Shown piece after piece: positions 19,040 to 28,598 of a stretch of DNA of 60,440 nucleotides. Below the pieces are notes generated by a model. The model was not told the DNA's origin. It saw only the letters and a list, made by a program, of their open reading frames with translations, and did not search any database. The DNA is taken from NCBI GenBank assembly GCA_031272245.1, contig JAISUE010000080.1, positions 1 through 60,440 of the forward strand, written 5' to 3'. The DNA is from Bacteroidales bacterium. Its GTDB lineage: Bacteria > Bacteroidota > Bacteroidia > Bacteroidales > P3. How positions within the stretch are numbered: position 1 is the first letter of the stretch; every line of letters begins with the position of its first letter. The position numbers and the translations under genes were made by a program.

Positions 19040-20731
19040 ATGAAACGAATAATATTTTTTCTTACATCAATAGTTTTTGCGATTCAAAGTTGGGGACAAT
19101 GTGATCCTCCTGCTAATTTAATAATAGATACAGTTACTTCTACTTATGTTCGCATAAGTTGGACAGCAGGAAGTGGAACAGATTGGGAAGGAGTGCTAAA
19201 TGATACAATAAATGGTTCAATACAGGTAATAACGCCTCCACAAAGCGGCAATCCTTATAAACAGTTCGGATCATTATCTGCTGCTACAAATTATATTGCC
19301 TACATAAGAACAAAATGTGTTGATACAACCGATAACTCTATTACATATTCTTCATGGCAAGAAATGCCGTTTCAAACGACATGTCCAAAGCCACAGGGCA
19401 TAGTTGTTTCAATAATGTTTCCAAAAATGGATACATGGGTTGGGTGGCAAGCACCAGGTAGTACTGCTGCACATATAACATCAGATACAAATGATATAAG
19501 TAAATACGATACAATACATAATACAAATTCAAGTTTCAATGTTACATTTTCCGAAGAACAAGGTCAGGTAGCACCAAGTTCATGTTATGAATTCTGGTTG
19601 AGAATGCTTTGTAATGACAGTGTTTATTCTGAGTGGGATCATTTTAGTTTTGGAACACCCGTTACTAATATACAAGCATCAGATATTACTCCTACTTCTG
19701 TAACGCTTACATGGACAGCAGGAAATGGAACATATAAAGTAAATACGCCTTGGGGAGAAGTTACAGTTGATACAGCATCTTATACAATAACAGGTTTAAC
19801 ACCTTGCACACAATATGTATTTGGTGTTAGTGCAAACTGTTATGGTAATAATCCTCCACCTTTTGTAAATTATACCGTTACAACTGGAGGCTCTACAGCG
19901 TTAGTTATGACAGAAGCAGCTACGAATATAACATTAAATTCTGCAACCTTAAATTCAACAATACAACAAGGTTGTTATGCTATTGTTGAACAGGGATACA
20001 AATACAGAAAAGGTTATGGTGCATGGATAACCAATATTGATGGTATATTGACAGGTTTAGATACAGGAGCAACATATCAGTTTTATGCTTATATGATAAC
20101 AACGCATGATACAATTAACGGACAGGAAAGAACCTTTACAACACAATCAATTCCACCTGTGATATTGACGAGTGCAGCTATTGTAAATGAAAATTTATGT
20201 GATGAGGTTATGCTTAATGGAGCTATTATTAATACAGGTACTCCAGCTGCAAATGAATATGGATTTGTTTATGGAACATCTACACCTGTTAAACTTGGTA
20301 TTGGCAGTACGTTATCTGTTTCAACTAATCCTAATGGATTATCTCTTACCGCTAATGTTACAGGATTAAATGATACAACATTATATTACTATAACATATA
20401 TGCAAAAGCGAATGGTATTACATATTATGGAACAGAAAACACGTTTTCTACTTGTTTTACGAACAGTTTAACAGATATTGAAAATAATTTTCAAGTTAAT
20501 ATTTTTCCAAATCCTGCAAAAAATACTGTAAAATTTGATTTTGATGGATTAAATCAAGATGTTTTTGTTTCTATTTTGAATATAAATGGGCAGAAGATAG
20601 AGGAATTTGGATTTAAAGCCAATCAAAAGAGCTATACAATGGATATTTCTAAATATTCATCAGGTATTTATTATGTTAGAATATTAAACGACAGAGTAAA
20701 TAAAGTAAATAAACTTATTATTCAAAAATAA
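19040..20731 (+). CDS. FN3-repeat surface protein with T9SS type A sorting domain (563 aa)
   Basis: Signal peptide. Cys-framed FN3-like units (QCDPPANL..ISWTAG..YIAYIRTKC; TCPKPQGI..; ITPTSVTLTWTAGNG..YVFGVSANC). A shared pre-CTD module. CTD reads IFPNPAKNTVKF...GIYYVRILND. Confidence 0.8.
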   Translation: MKRIIFFLTSIVFAIQSWGQCDPPANLIIDTVTSTYVRISWTAGSGTDWEGVLNDTINGSIQVITPPQSGNPYKQFGSLSAATNYIAYIRTKCVDTTDNSITYSSWQEMPFQTTCPKPQGIVVSIMFPKMDTWVGWQAPGSTAAHITSDTNDISKYDTIHNTNSSFNVTFSEEQGQVAPSSCYEFWLRMLCNDSVYSEWDHFSFGTPVTNIQASDITPTSVTLTWTAGNGTYKVNTPWGEVTVDTASYTITGLTPCTQYVFGVSANCYGNNPPPFVNYTVTTGGSTALVMTEAATNITLNSATLNSTIQQGCYAIVEQGYKYRKGYGAWITNIDGILTGLDTGATYQFYAYMITTHDTINGQERTFTTQSIPPVILTSAAIVNENLCDEVMLNGAIINTGTPAANEYGFVYGTSTPVKLGIGSTLSVSTNPNGLSLTANVTGLNDTTLYYYNIYAKANGITYYGTENTFSTCFTNSLTDIENNFQVNIFPNPAKNTVKFDFDGLNQDVFVSILNINGQKIEEFGFKANQKSYTMDISKYSSGIYYVRILNDRVNKVNKLIIQK

Positions 20732-20744
20732 AACTTAAACAGAT

Positions 20745-23700
20745 ATGAAAAAATTAATGACATTTATAGCGATAGTACTTTTTGCCATGCAAAGTTTTTC
20801 GCAAATAATTACAGAAGGATTTGAAACAGGTTTAACAATTTGGTCTGTGGATTCAAGCACTGTTGGTGGTAGTTGGACTATTGTAAATTCAGGTTATAGT
20901 CCTGCATGTATGCCTCATCAAGGAATTTCTATGTTGAAATTTGATTGTTATAGTGTTCCAGCCGGTAATTGGACTACAATATCAGCTCCAATAAATATTA
21001 CTACAAACAGTCTATACCTTTCTTATTGGATATACAGAGATAATACACAATATACAGGATCTCAATATTCACAAGAAGGTGTTTATGTTTATTTAAATAC
21101 TACTCCTGATACAATAGGTGGTACTTTATTAAGTTTTACTCCAAGGGCAAATACATTAAGTGGCTGGCAACAAATTGTAATAAATCCGTCAGGTTTGACA
21201 ACAGGATTGCAATATATTGTTATAAAGGGTTATTCTCAATATGGTAACAATATATATATAGATGATATATTAGTAGATAATAATTCAATATGTCCTAATA
21301 TATTCAATTTTACAGCTGAAGTTGCGTCTCCTACTTCTGTTTCATTTAATGTACAGGATAATAATTCAGCGCTTGGATTGGGTTTTGAGCTGGCTTATGA
21401 AGAAGCTTCAGTATTTGACACAGCATTAAATTATATATCTGTGCCTATTTCAGCAGGTACAACTTTACCTTATACGCTATCTAATTTATCTCCACGTACA
21501 TCTTATAGTTTTGCTATAAGGTATTCATGTCAAGGAGCATGGAGTAAAATCAAAACTTTAACCTTACCGGGAATACCCGATACTATTCCTTACTCAACAA
21601 CTTTTGCAGATACAAATGATAATGTAGATTGGATGTTGATAAATGGAACACAAACCAATCAATGGAATATTTCTGAAGCTGTAGACCCTCTTAATTGGAT
21701 GAGTTATGCTGTTCCGGACAACAGTTTAGATGGATACAGTTTACTTATTTCTGATGACGGAGGTATATATAATACTTATACCAGCATTCCTTCAAAGGTT
21801 TATGCTGTAAGAGAGTTTTACATTCCGCAAAATACAATAGATATTAAACTTTCGTTTGATTGGCGAGCAAAAGGGAATGCTGCACAGAGTGATTATCTTA
21901 GAATCTATTGGATGCCTGTTAGTAATAGTGTATCGGCAGGACAAACTTTATCTCCGAATTTACAAATAGGTAATTATACAGGAGGTACTGGTGTCCATTG
22001 GTTATCTAATGTAACAGAATGGCAGCACGAAGAAATGATAATTTCCTCTGCTCAATATTCTAATCTCGCTAATAATACTTGGAAATTATGTATTTGTTGG
22101 AATAATGAAGATACAAATGGAGTTTCACAACCGCCTGCAGCTATAGATAATTTATCTATAGCACCTATTACTTGTTATGCACCTACTAATATAAACTTTA
22201 GTAACATTAAACAAACATCTGTGGATGTATCTTGGGTAGATGCAACGAATGTAAATCAATGGGTAATACAATACATGGTAGAAGATTCTACAAACTGGAA
22301 TACAGCAGCCGAAGAAATAATTACATCAAATCCATGGACTATAGACAGTTTGGAAGCAGGAACAGAATATAAATTTAGAATGAAAGCTGTGTGTGGTTCT
22401 AATGATGAAAGCATATGGACAAATACTTTTGTATTTGAAACAGAATGTCTTTACATGACTATTGCTGATATTCCTTATGTAATGGATTTTAATACTGTAC
22501 CAGATTATTCTTTACCTTCATGTTGGAGAAGCAAAATGGATAATACTATAAGTACTTTGTACGCAACAACCGGTAGTTTATCATTTAATTGGACTTGGAT
22601 GGGTGGTACAACAACAAATTATATTGCAGCAATTTCTGCACCTATTGATACATCTGTGGATGTAAGTAATCTTAGAGTAAGATTTAAGTTATTTAGTGAT
22701 TATATTCTTGTTGCTAATCAATCTGCTGCTTATGGTAAATTTGTTAAGGTAGGAGTGATGACAGATCCTGAAGATTGGTCTACATTCTCTGTTATTGATT
22801 CTGTAAACTTTACTGCTGCGAATACGTGGTTAGATAAGGAAGTATTACTTACAAATTATGTATCGCAAAATAATAATACTCCAAAATATATAGTAATAGC
22901 TGTAATGAGAAGAGGTAATAGTCCTTATTCTGTACTTGTAGATGATTTCAGCATAAGTGTTATTCCATCATGTGCATCGGCTAATCTTGTTGTTTCAGAT
23001 ATTTCGTCAACAGATGCTTTAGTTGCGTGGGAATCAGATGCGGGAGAATGGATTTTGCAATACAAACATAATTCAATTAATTCATGGACAGACCCTGCAG
23101 TTTCCACTAATTATTTGTATAGTCCGGATACATCTTTTTTAATTACAGGACTAACTTCGTCTACAACTTATAACGTTAGAGTGATGGCTATTTGTAATAG
23201 TACAGATTCAAGTGAATGGAGACAAATAAATATCACTACTTTGTGTGCAGTTATTACAGCTGGAGATTTACCTTTTCTTGAGAATTTTGATTCTTATTCT
23301 ACAACAACTAATCCTATTCCTCCTTGTTGGAGTAGAGGAGCTACCATAACGACAATACCTGAATCTCCATATATAAGAAGTAGTGGGTCATATTCATCTC
23401 CAAATTCACTGTATTTTACCCGTCCAGTACTTGGAGCTTCTGCTACTATGGCTGCTTTTACGCCAGCTATACATTCTTCATTAGACATTACAACCCTTAT
23501 GGTTAGGTTCAAATGTTTATTTCCTGCGATTACAGCAACAACAGCTGTTGGAATGGTAATAGGAATATCCACAGGTAATACAATTTTTTCTGGAGGTATT
23601 ATTCCAATTGACACTATATTTATTACAAGTCAAGAATCTTGGATTGATTGCGAGGTGAGATTTGATTCATACACTAATACAAACCCGAATGCTAACAAAT

Positions 23701-24872
23701 ATATTGTCATTTCTACTTTTACCGGTGGTAGTGGTAACTTGTACTGCCAAATAGATGATTTTGAAATTGATTATGCTCCTGATTGTGCGCAGCCTTCAAA
23801 TTTATTTATTATGGATACAACTGCAAATACTGCAACTATAAGTTGGACTTCAAGTGCAGATTCGTGGCAAGTAAGACTTGATAATAATTCACCTGTAGAC
23901 ATTCAAACTAACAGTTTTACGTTTACAAATCTGCAACCATGCCATACTTACACAGCTTTCATACGAGCAGTTTGCTCAGATGGAAATTCGTCATGGAATC
24001 AAATACAGTTTACTACAGCATCTTTAAATGTTGCTGTGCAAACGTTACAGGCAACAAATGTAACGAGTAATTCTGCTATGTTAAATTCAACAGTAGATGC
24101 TGGTTGTAATACAATATTGACTCAAGGATATAAATGGAAAGCGCTGGCAGATTCTCAATGGCAGACAATAACAAATGGAAGTAATTTGTCAAATTTAACC
24201 CCATTGTCTGAATATATGTTTTATGCTTTTGCTACAACGGCAACAGATACGATAAAAGGGAGTACTTTATCATTTACTACTTTGCCTGTTGCACCAATTA
24301 CAGTAACAAATGCTGCAATAGTTAATAATAGTAATTGTACATCTGTAACACTTGTAGGGACGCTTGCTAATACAGGAATTCCTGCAGCAACGGAATTTGG
24401 ATTTGTTTATGGTATATCAACTCCTGTTGAATTAGGATTAGGTAACACACAGTCCATTATAGCAGATATAAGTAATAATGTTGCGATGACAGCTAACATT
24501 ACAGATTTGGAACAAAGTAATTTATATTATTATAATACGTACGCTTTGAATGTTAATGGTACTTATACGTATGGGAATGAACAGTCATTCAGTACTTGTA
24601 ATGGACTTGAAGATATTAGTGTAGATGGATTATCTATATCTCTTTATCCTAATCCTGCAAAAGATAAAATAACATTATGCGTTATGGGAATGCAAAGTAA
24701 TACACATATATCTATAAGTGATTTAACAGGGAAAATAATTTATACCAAAAATATTAAAGCTAATGAAGTTAGCTTAATTATAGATGTAAAGGATTTTGTT
24801 GAAGGTATTTATTATCTCAATATTCGTAATGACGAAACTTTTAAATCTAAAAAAATAACTGTAATTAAATAG
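20745..24872 (+). CDS. giant modular surface protein: alternating MAM-like (choice-of-anchor-J-like) beta-sandwich and FN3 units, T9SS type A sorting domain (1375 aa)
   Basis: Signal peptide. An N-terminal EGFETGL..W module is followed by recurring modules ending in IDD/VDDF..I. There are at least four FN3-like units (CPNIFNF.., CYAPTNINFS.., CASANLVVS.., CAQPSNLFIM..). CTD reads LYPNPAKDKITL...GIYYLNIRND. Confidence 0.8.
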   Translation: MKKLMTFIAIVLFAMQSFSQIITEGFETGLTIWSVDSSTVGGSWTIVNSGYSPACMPHQGISMLKFDCYSVPAGNWTTISAPINITTNSLYLSYWIYRDNTQYTGSQYSQEGVYVYLNTTPDTIGGTLLSFTPRANTLSGWQQIVINPSGLTTGLQYIVIKGYSQYGNNIYIDDILVDNNSICPNIFNFTAEVASPTSVSFNVQDNNSALGLGFELAYEEASVFDTALNYISVPISAGTTLPYTLSNLSPRTSYSFAIRYSCQGAWSKIKTLTLPGIPDTIPYSTTFADTNDNVDWMLINGTQTNQWNISEAVDPLNWMSYAVPDNSLDGYSLLISDDGGIYNTYTSIPSKVYAVREFYIPQNTIDIKLSFDWRAKGNAAQSDYLRIYWMPVSNSVSAGQTLSPNLQIGNYTGGTGVHWLSNVTEWQHEEMIISSAQYSNLANNTWKLCICWNNEDTNGVSQPPAAIDNLSIAPITCYAPTNINFSNIKQTSVDVSWVDATNVNQWVIQYMVEDSTNWNTAAEEIITSNPWTIDSLEAGTEYKFRMKAVCGSNDESIWTNTFVFETECLYMTIADIPYVMDFNTVPDYSLPSCWRSKMDNTISTLYATTGSLSFNWTWMGGTTTNYIAAISAPIDTSVDVSNLRVRFKLFSDYILVANQSAAYGKFVKVGVMTDPEDWSTFSVIDSVNFTAANTWLDKEVLLTNYVSQNNNTPKYIVIAVMRRGNSPYSVLVDDFSISVIPSCASANLVVSDISSTDALVAWESDAGEWILQYKHNSINSWTDPAVSTNYLYSPDTSFLITGLTSSTTYNVRVMAICNSTDSSEWRQINITTLCAVITAGDLPFLENFDSYSTTTNPIPPCWSRGATITTIPESPYIRSSGSYSSPNSLYFTRPVLGASATMAAFTPAIHSSLDITTLMVRFKCLFPAITATTAVGMVIGISTGNTIFSGGIIPIDTIFITSQESWIDCEVRFDSYTNTNPNANKYIVISTFTGGSGNLYCQIDDFEIDYAPDCAQPSNLFIMDTTANTATISWTSSADSWQVRLDNNSPVDIQTNSFTFTNLQPCHTYTAFIRAVCSDGNSSWNQIQFTTASLNVAVQTLQATNVTSNSAMLNSTVDAGCNTILTQGYKWKALADSQWQTITNGSNLSNLTPLSEYMFYAFATTATDTIKGSTLSFTTLPVAPITVTNAAIVNNSNCTSVTLVGTLANTGIPAATEFGFVYGISTPVELGLGNTQSIIADISNNVAMTANITDLEQSNLYYYNTYALNVNGTYTYGNEQSFSTCNGLEDISVDGLSISLYPNPAKDKITLCVMGMQSNTHISISDLTGKIIYTKNIKANEVSLIIDVKDFVEGIYYLNIRNDETFKSKKITVIK

Positions 24873-24908
24873 AACAAGTAATGTTAAACCTTAAAAATAA
24901 AAATTAAA

Positions 24909-26582
24909 ATGAAACGATTAAGTTTTTTTATTATGGCAATAATATTTGCCTTTGAGGGTTGGACTCAATGCAACTCTCCGATGATGGTATCAGCAGTTCC
25001 AACAGCTACAAGTGTTGTTGTTTCATGGGATGCTAATAGTGCTACAGAATGGAAAGTACAGTTACGAACAAATGCAATGCCACCTGTAACGCTTCAAACT
25101 CAAGACAATTTAACTTCAACAACTTGTACTTTTACAGGCTTAACTCCAAATACTACATATGGTATAGTAGTTACAGCATATTGTAATGGGTCGCTTGTTT
25201 TCATGGGAACAGGAACTTCTTTTACAACATCATCTGTATCTTGCGAAGCACCTACAAATCTTTCTGTTAGTGCTTTAACTACTACGTGGGCATCAGTTAA
25301 TTGGACTGCAGCTTCTGGTACTTCTGCTTGGCAAGTTGTCTTGGACGATACCACAGCAACAAGTGCCAATGCAACCGTAACAACTCATCTCTTAACAGGT
25401 CTGGTTGTTGGTACATCTTATACTGTTTATGTTAGAACAGATTGTGGAACTGGTTATTCAGATTGGGTTGGATACCCATTTGTTCATTCATACACTCAAC
25501 CATGTGCTTCCCCTACCACGATAACAACATCTCCAACAACTACAAGTGTTGATATTTCATGGGAAGCTGGTGCTGCTACAGAATGGAAAGTACAGTTGCA
25601 GACAGATGCAATGCCTCCTGTAACACTTCAAACTCAAGACCATTATACTTCAACAACTTGTACTTTTACAGGCTTAACACCGAACACTACATATCGTTAT
25701 GCTATTACAGCATATTGCAATGGGTCGCTTGTTTTCGGAGGAACAGGCGGAACTTTTACAACTTTAGCCGCTTCTCCTTGCGATGTTCCTACAGGATTAA
25801 CAGTTTCTGCAATTACTCATAATGCAGCAACAGTAACATGGGACGCAGGTTCAGCAACAGCTTGGCAATTTGTTATTGATGATACGACAGAAACACCTGA
25901 AGACCTTATTGTTGCTACTAAAACATTAATTGGATTGTCATCAAATACATCATATATTGTATATGTTAGAACAGATTGTGGCAGTAATAATTACTCTTCA
26001 TGGACACAACAGACATTCACAACAGATATTCCTTGTGAAGCACCGTCAATAGTTACTGTTAATGCTATTAGTAATGACGAAGCTACTATATCATGGGAAG
26101 CTGGAAACATGAATGAGTGGAGAGTACAACTGACCCTCTTCGGTGATAGTCCAACTTCTGGTAATGTACTTCAATCTACGGATGTTACTGTTCCAACACA
26201 CACATTTACAGGATTGACGGCAGGAACTCATTATATGGCTCATGTAAATGCTCTTTGTGGAGGTGTACCTTCTACAGTAACTACATCTGTTGATTTTTAT
26301 GCTAATGTTTCAGGTTTAGATATTAGAACATTAGATGATATGAAAGTGATTCTTTATCCAAATCCTGCAAATGATTTTGCAATTCTTGAAGCAGAAGGAG
26401 TGAATGTTGAATCAGAAGTAACTGTTACAGATATAGTTGGTAGAATAATTATGAAAAATAGTCTGAATGCAGGCAAACAAAGAATGATAATTGACACAAA
26501 GACTTACACAGCTGGTATTTATTATGTCAATATAATAAACAGCTTAAATAGTAAAACTTTGAAGTTAATTATTGATAAATAA
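24909..26582 (+). CDS. five-unit FN3-repeat protein with T9SS type A sorting domain (557 aa)
   Basis: Signal peptide. FN3-like units begin at C21, C112, C199, C291 and C376. Thr/Ser/Ala-rich. CTD reads LYPNPANDFAIL...GIYYVNIINS. Confidence 0.8.
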   Translation: MKRLSFFIMAIIFAFEGWTQCNSPMMVSAVPTATSVVVSWDANSATEWKVQLRTNAMPPVTLQTQDNLTSTTCTFTGLTPNTTYGIVVTAYCNGSLVFMGTGTSFTTSSVSCEAPTNLSVSALTTTWASVNWTAASGTSAWQVVLDDTTATSANATVTTHLLTGLVVGTSYTVYVRTDCGTGYSDWVGYPFVHSYTQPCASPTTITTSPTTTSVDISWEAGAATEWKVQLQTDAMPPVTLQTQDHYTSTTCTFTGLTPNTTYRYAITAYCNGSLVFGGTGGTFTTLAASPCDVPTGLTVSAITHNAATVTWDAGSATAWQFVIDDTTETPEDLIVATKTLIGLSSNTSYIVYVRTDCGSNNYSSWTQQTFTTDIPCEAPSIVTVNAISNDEATISWEAGNMNEWRVQLTLFGDSPTSGNVLQSTDVTVPTHTFTGLTAGTHYMAHVNALCGGVPSTVTTSVDFYANVSGLDIRTLDDMKVILYPNPANDFAILEAEGVNVESEVTVTDIVGRIIMKNSLNAGKQRMIIDTKTYTAGIYYVNIINSLNSKTLKLIIDK

Positions 26583-26693
26583 GGATGTTTAATAAGAAAA
26601 ATTTTATGTATGTTCAATAAACATAAATTTATGTATCCATAAAATGAATAATTTGGTTTATTTAACTATTTAAAGCATGGATTTTTTTCGTAA

Positions 26694-26730
26694 GGATTGC
26701 TCTTGGTTTACTGAGAGCGATTCTTATTTT
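26694..26730 (+). terminator. possible terminator hairpin after the island
   Basis: 10-bp stem GGATTGCTCT / AGAGCGATTC with two G-U pairs and a 10-nt loop, then TTATTTT. Confidence 0.35.
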
Positions 26731-26772
26731 AAATCATAATAGTAAAATAGATAAATACATCTGTTTAATACA

Positions 26773-27180
26773 TTATTTTATATCTTTACTTATCTTTCTA
26801 CCACCTAACAACTCTCTGTCAGACATATCCAGTGCAACTAATTTTTTATCGTTATTATATCTTCAGCATCCATTTCTTTGTCTGATTTTATTACCTTAAT
26901 ATCATCAAGTGAAAACTCTTTTCTGATATTTGTATTATCTTCAGATATTTGTTTTAACTTATCTATTGTATCTTTGATAACTTGATCTGATACAAGCATA
27001 TCTTTTGTATCACTTATTGCATCCTTAATCTCTTCACTCCTTGAAGCATATCTCCTTGTATTATCAATCTTTCTCTTTTATTATCCAAAGGTATTATCTC
27101 TTTTCCATCAAAAATTTTTGAAAGCAAATCAAGATATTTTAAACTGAAATTAAAAACTTTCGAAAATAAATCAAAGATAT
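26773..27180 (-). pseudogene. possible decayed gene remnant (family unrecognised)
   Basis: Protein-like minus-strand translation continues across three frames: ...LDLLSKIFDGKEIIPLDNKRERLIIQGD / YASRSEEIKDAISDTKDMLVSDQVIKDTIDKLKQISEDNTNIRKEFSLDDIKVIKSDKEMDAEDIITIKN* / ALDMSDRELLGGRKISKDIK*. There is no intact ORF of 60 aa or more in this 860-bp gap. Confidence 0.3.
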
Positions 27181-27442
27181 TTTGAATAATAATAAAAAAA
27201 TAATTGTTATAAAATAAAAAATGACGATTAAAAAGAGAAAATTTTCTCTTTCTTAAACAACATACTGTAAAAAGATTTTGTTGATAGAGAGGTTTTGAAC
27301 AATGTTTCGTTAATATGTATTTATATTTTAATATCTGATTTGATATGACAAAGAAACTGCTTTTTTGAAAATTTAGAATAAAAAAAATTAAGATTGTTTT
27401 GTTTAATATAATAAATATTTATGATGTCAAGGCAAAAAATTT

Positions 27443-28543
27443 TTATATTGCCTTAAAACGTTTACCGGGTAAAGTAGTAATAAGATTATTCATTTCTAAG
27501 TCAAGCAGTGCAAAAGATAATTGTGTTGAAGTAAAATTTGTCTTTATAGCTAAATCGTCAATATTTATTCCTGCATTATCAATAATAGTCTTATATATTT
27601 TATATTCTGGAGTTTCTGTATTTTGTAATGTTGGTGGAATAAACTTTATTGACTGTTGATTTTGGCTATCCGTATCCCAATTCATAACTAAATCTATATC
27701 TGAGAAATCTGTCATGATTTGAGCTATATTGTTTCTTATTAAAAGATTGCATCCTTTGGAATACTCATCATTAAGTTTGCCCGATATAGCAATTACTTCT
27801 CTATTGTATTCTCTTGCGAGTCTTGCCGTAATTAAAGCACCACTTTTATATGCTGCTTCTACAACGATAACCAAATCTGATAAACCTGCAATAATTCTAT
27901 TTCTTGATGGGAAAAAATTAGGATTTATTTTTGTTTTGCTAAAATGTTCAGTTATCAAACCTCCATTTGTTTTCATTTTCTGAGCTAAATCAAAATTATC
28001 ACGGGGATAAATCATATCTAAACCATGAGCCAAGACGCCAAAAGTTGGTAAATTTTTGAAAAGAGCAGCTTTGTGAGCATAAGCATCAATACCATAAGCA
28101 AGACCGCTGTTAATTGATACCTCATATTTACTTAAATATTCAACAAGAGCATTAGTAACATTTTTTCCATATTCAGTTACTTTGCGAGAACCAACTATTG
28201 CAACACTCTTTTTTGAATTAATGTCTGCATTTCCTTGATAAAACAGGCAAATTGGAGGGTCGTCAATATGTTTTAATCTTTGTGGATAATCATCGTTAAG
28301 AAAAAAGTATCCGTTTATTTCATACTTTTTCATAAATTCCAATTCGCTTTCGCATTGTGGAAACATTTTTTTGTTAAGTATTTCGTTTATTGTTCTGTTT
28401 TTAGAACCAAAAACTGTTTCAAGACCTTTTTTATTTTCATTAAAAATAGCTTCAGCAGAATGGAAAGTTGTTAGAGCCTGTTTAGCTGTTTTATATCCTA
28501 TGCCATAAGTTTTTGCAAGAGCTAATTCGTATATATTTATCAT
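27443..28543 (-). CDS. dprA: DNA-processing protein DprA (Smf)
   Basis: Rossmann-like core with GLAYGIDAYAHKAAL, GVLAHGLD, PSRNRIIAGLSD and a C-terminal winged-helix region. Confidence 0.9.
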   Translation of the reverse strand: MINIYELALAKTYGIGYKTAKQALTTFHSAEAIFNENKKGLETVFGSKNRTINEILNKKMFPQCESELEFMKKYEINGYFFLNDDYPQRLKHIDDPPICLFYQGNADINSKKSVAIVGSRKVTEYGKNVTNALVEYLSKYEVSINSGLAYGIDAYAHKAALFKNLPTFGVLAHGLDMIYPRDNFDLAQKMKTNGGLITEHFSKTKINPNFFPSRNRIIAGLSDLVIVVEAAYKSGALITARLAREYNREVIAISGKLNDEYSKGCNLLIRNNIAQIMTDFSDIDLVMNWDTDSQNQQSIKFIPPTLQNTETPEYKIYKTIIDNAGINIDDLAIKTNFTSTQLSFALLDLEMNNLITTLPGKRFKAI

Positions 28544-28566
28544 AATGAGTGTTTTGTTTATGAAAA

Positions 28567-28574
28567 CAAAAGTA
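28567..28574 (-). promoter_or_regulatory. -7 box TACTTTTG (minus strand)
   Basis: CAAAAGTA on the + strand, 24 nt upstream of the dprA ATG. Confidence 0.5.
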
Positions 28575-28598
28575 GTAAAAATACCGTATAGACAAATG

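Noticed and set aside
22925-25822. Internal and antisense ORFs inside the FN3 genes (22925-23107, 23294-23614, 25100-25369, 25559-25822)
   Set aside because: They are fully nested in strongly supported long ORFs. They arise from Thr/Ser/Ala-rich codon composition.
19040-26582. Diversity-generating retroelement targeting the repeated C-terminal modules
   Set aside because: There is no reverse transcriptase ORF, no non-coding template repeat, and no A-specific mismatch pattern between copies. The differences are spread over all bases.
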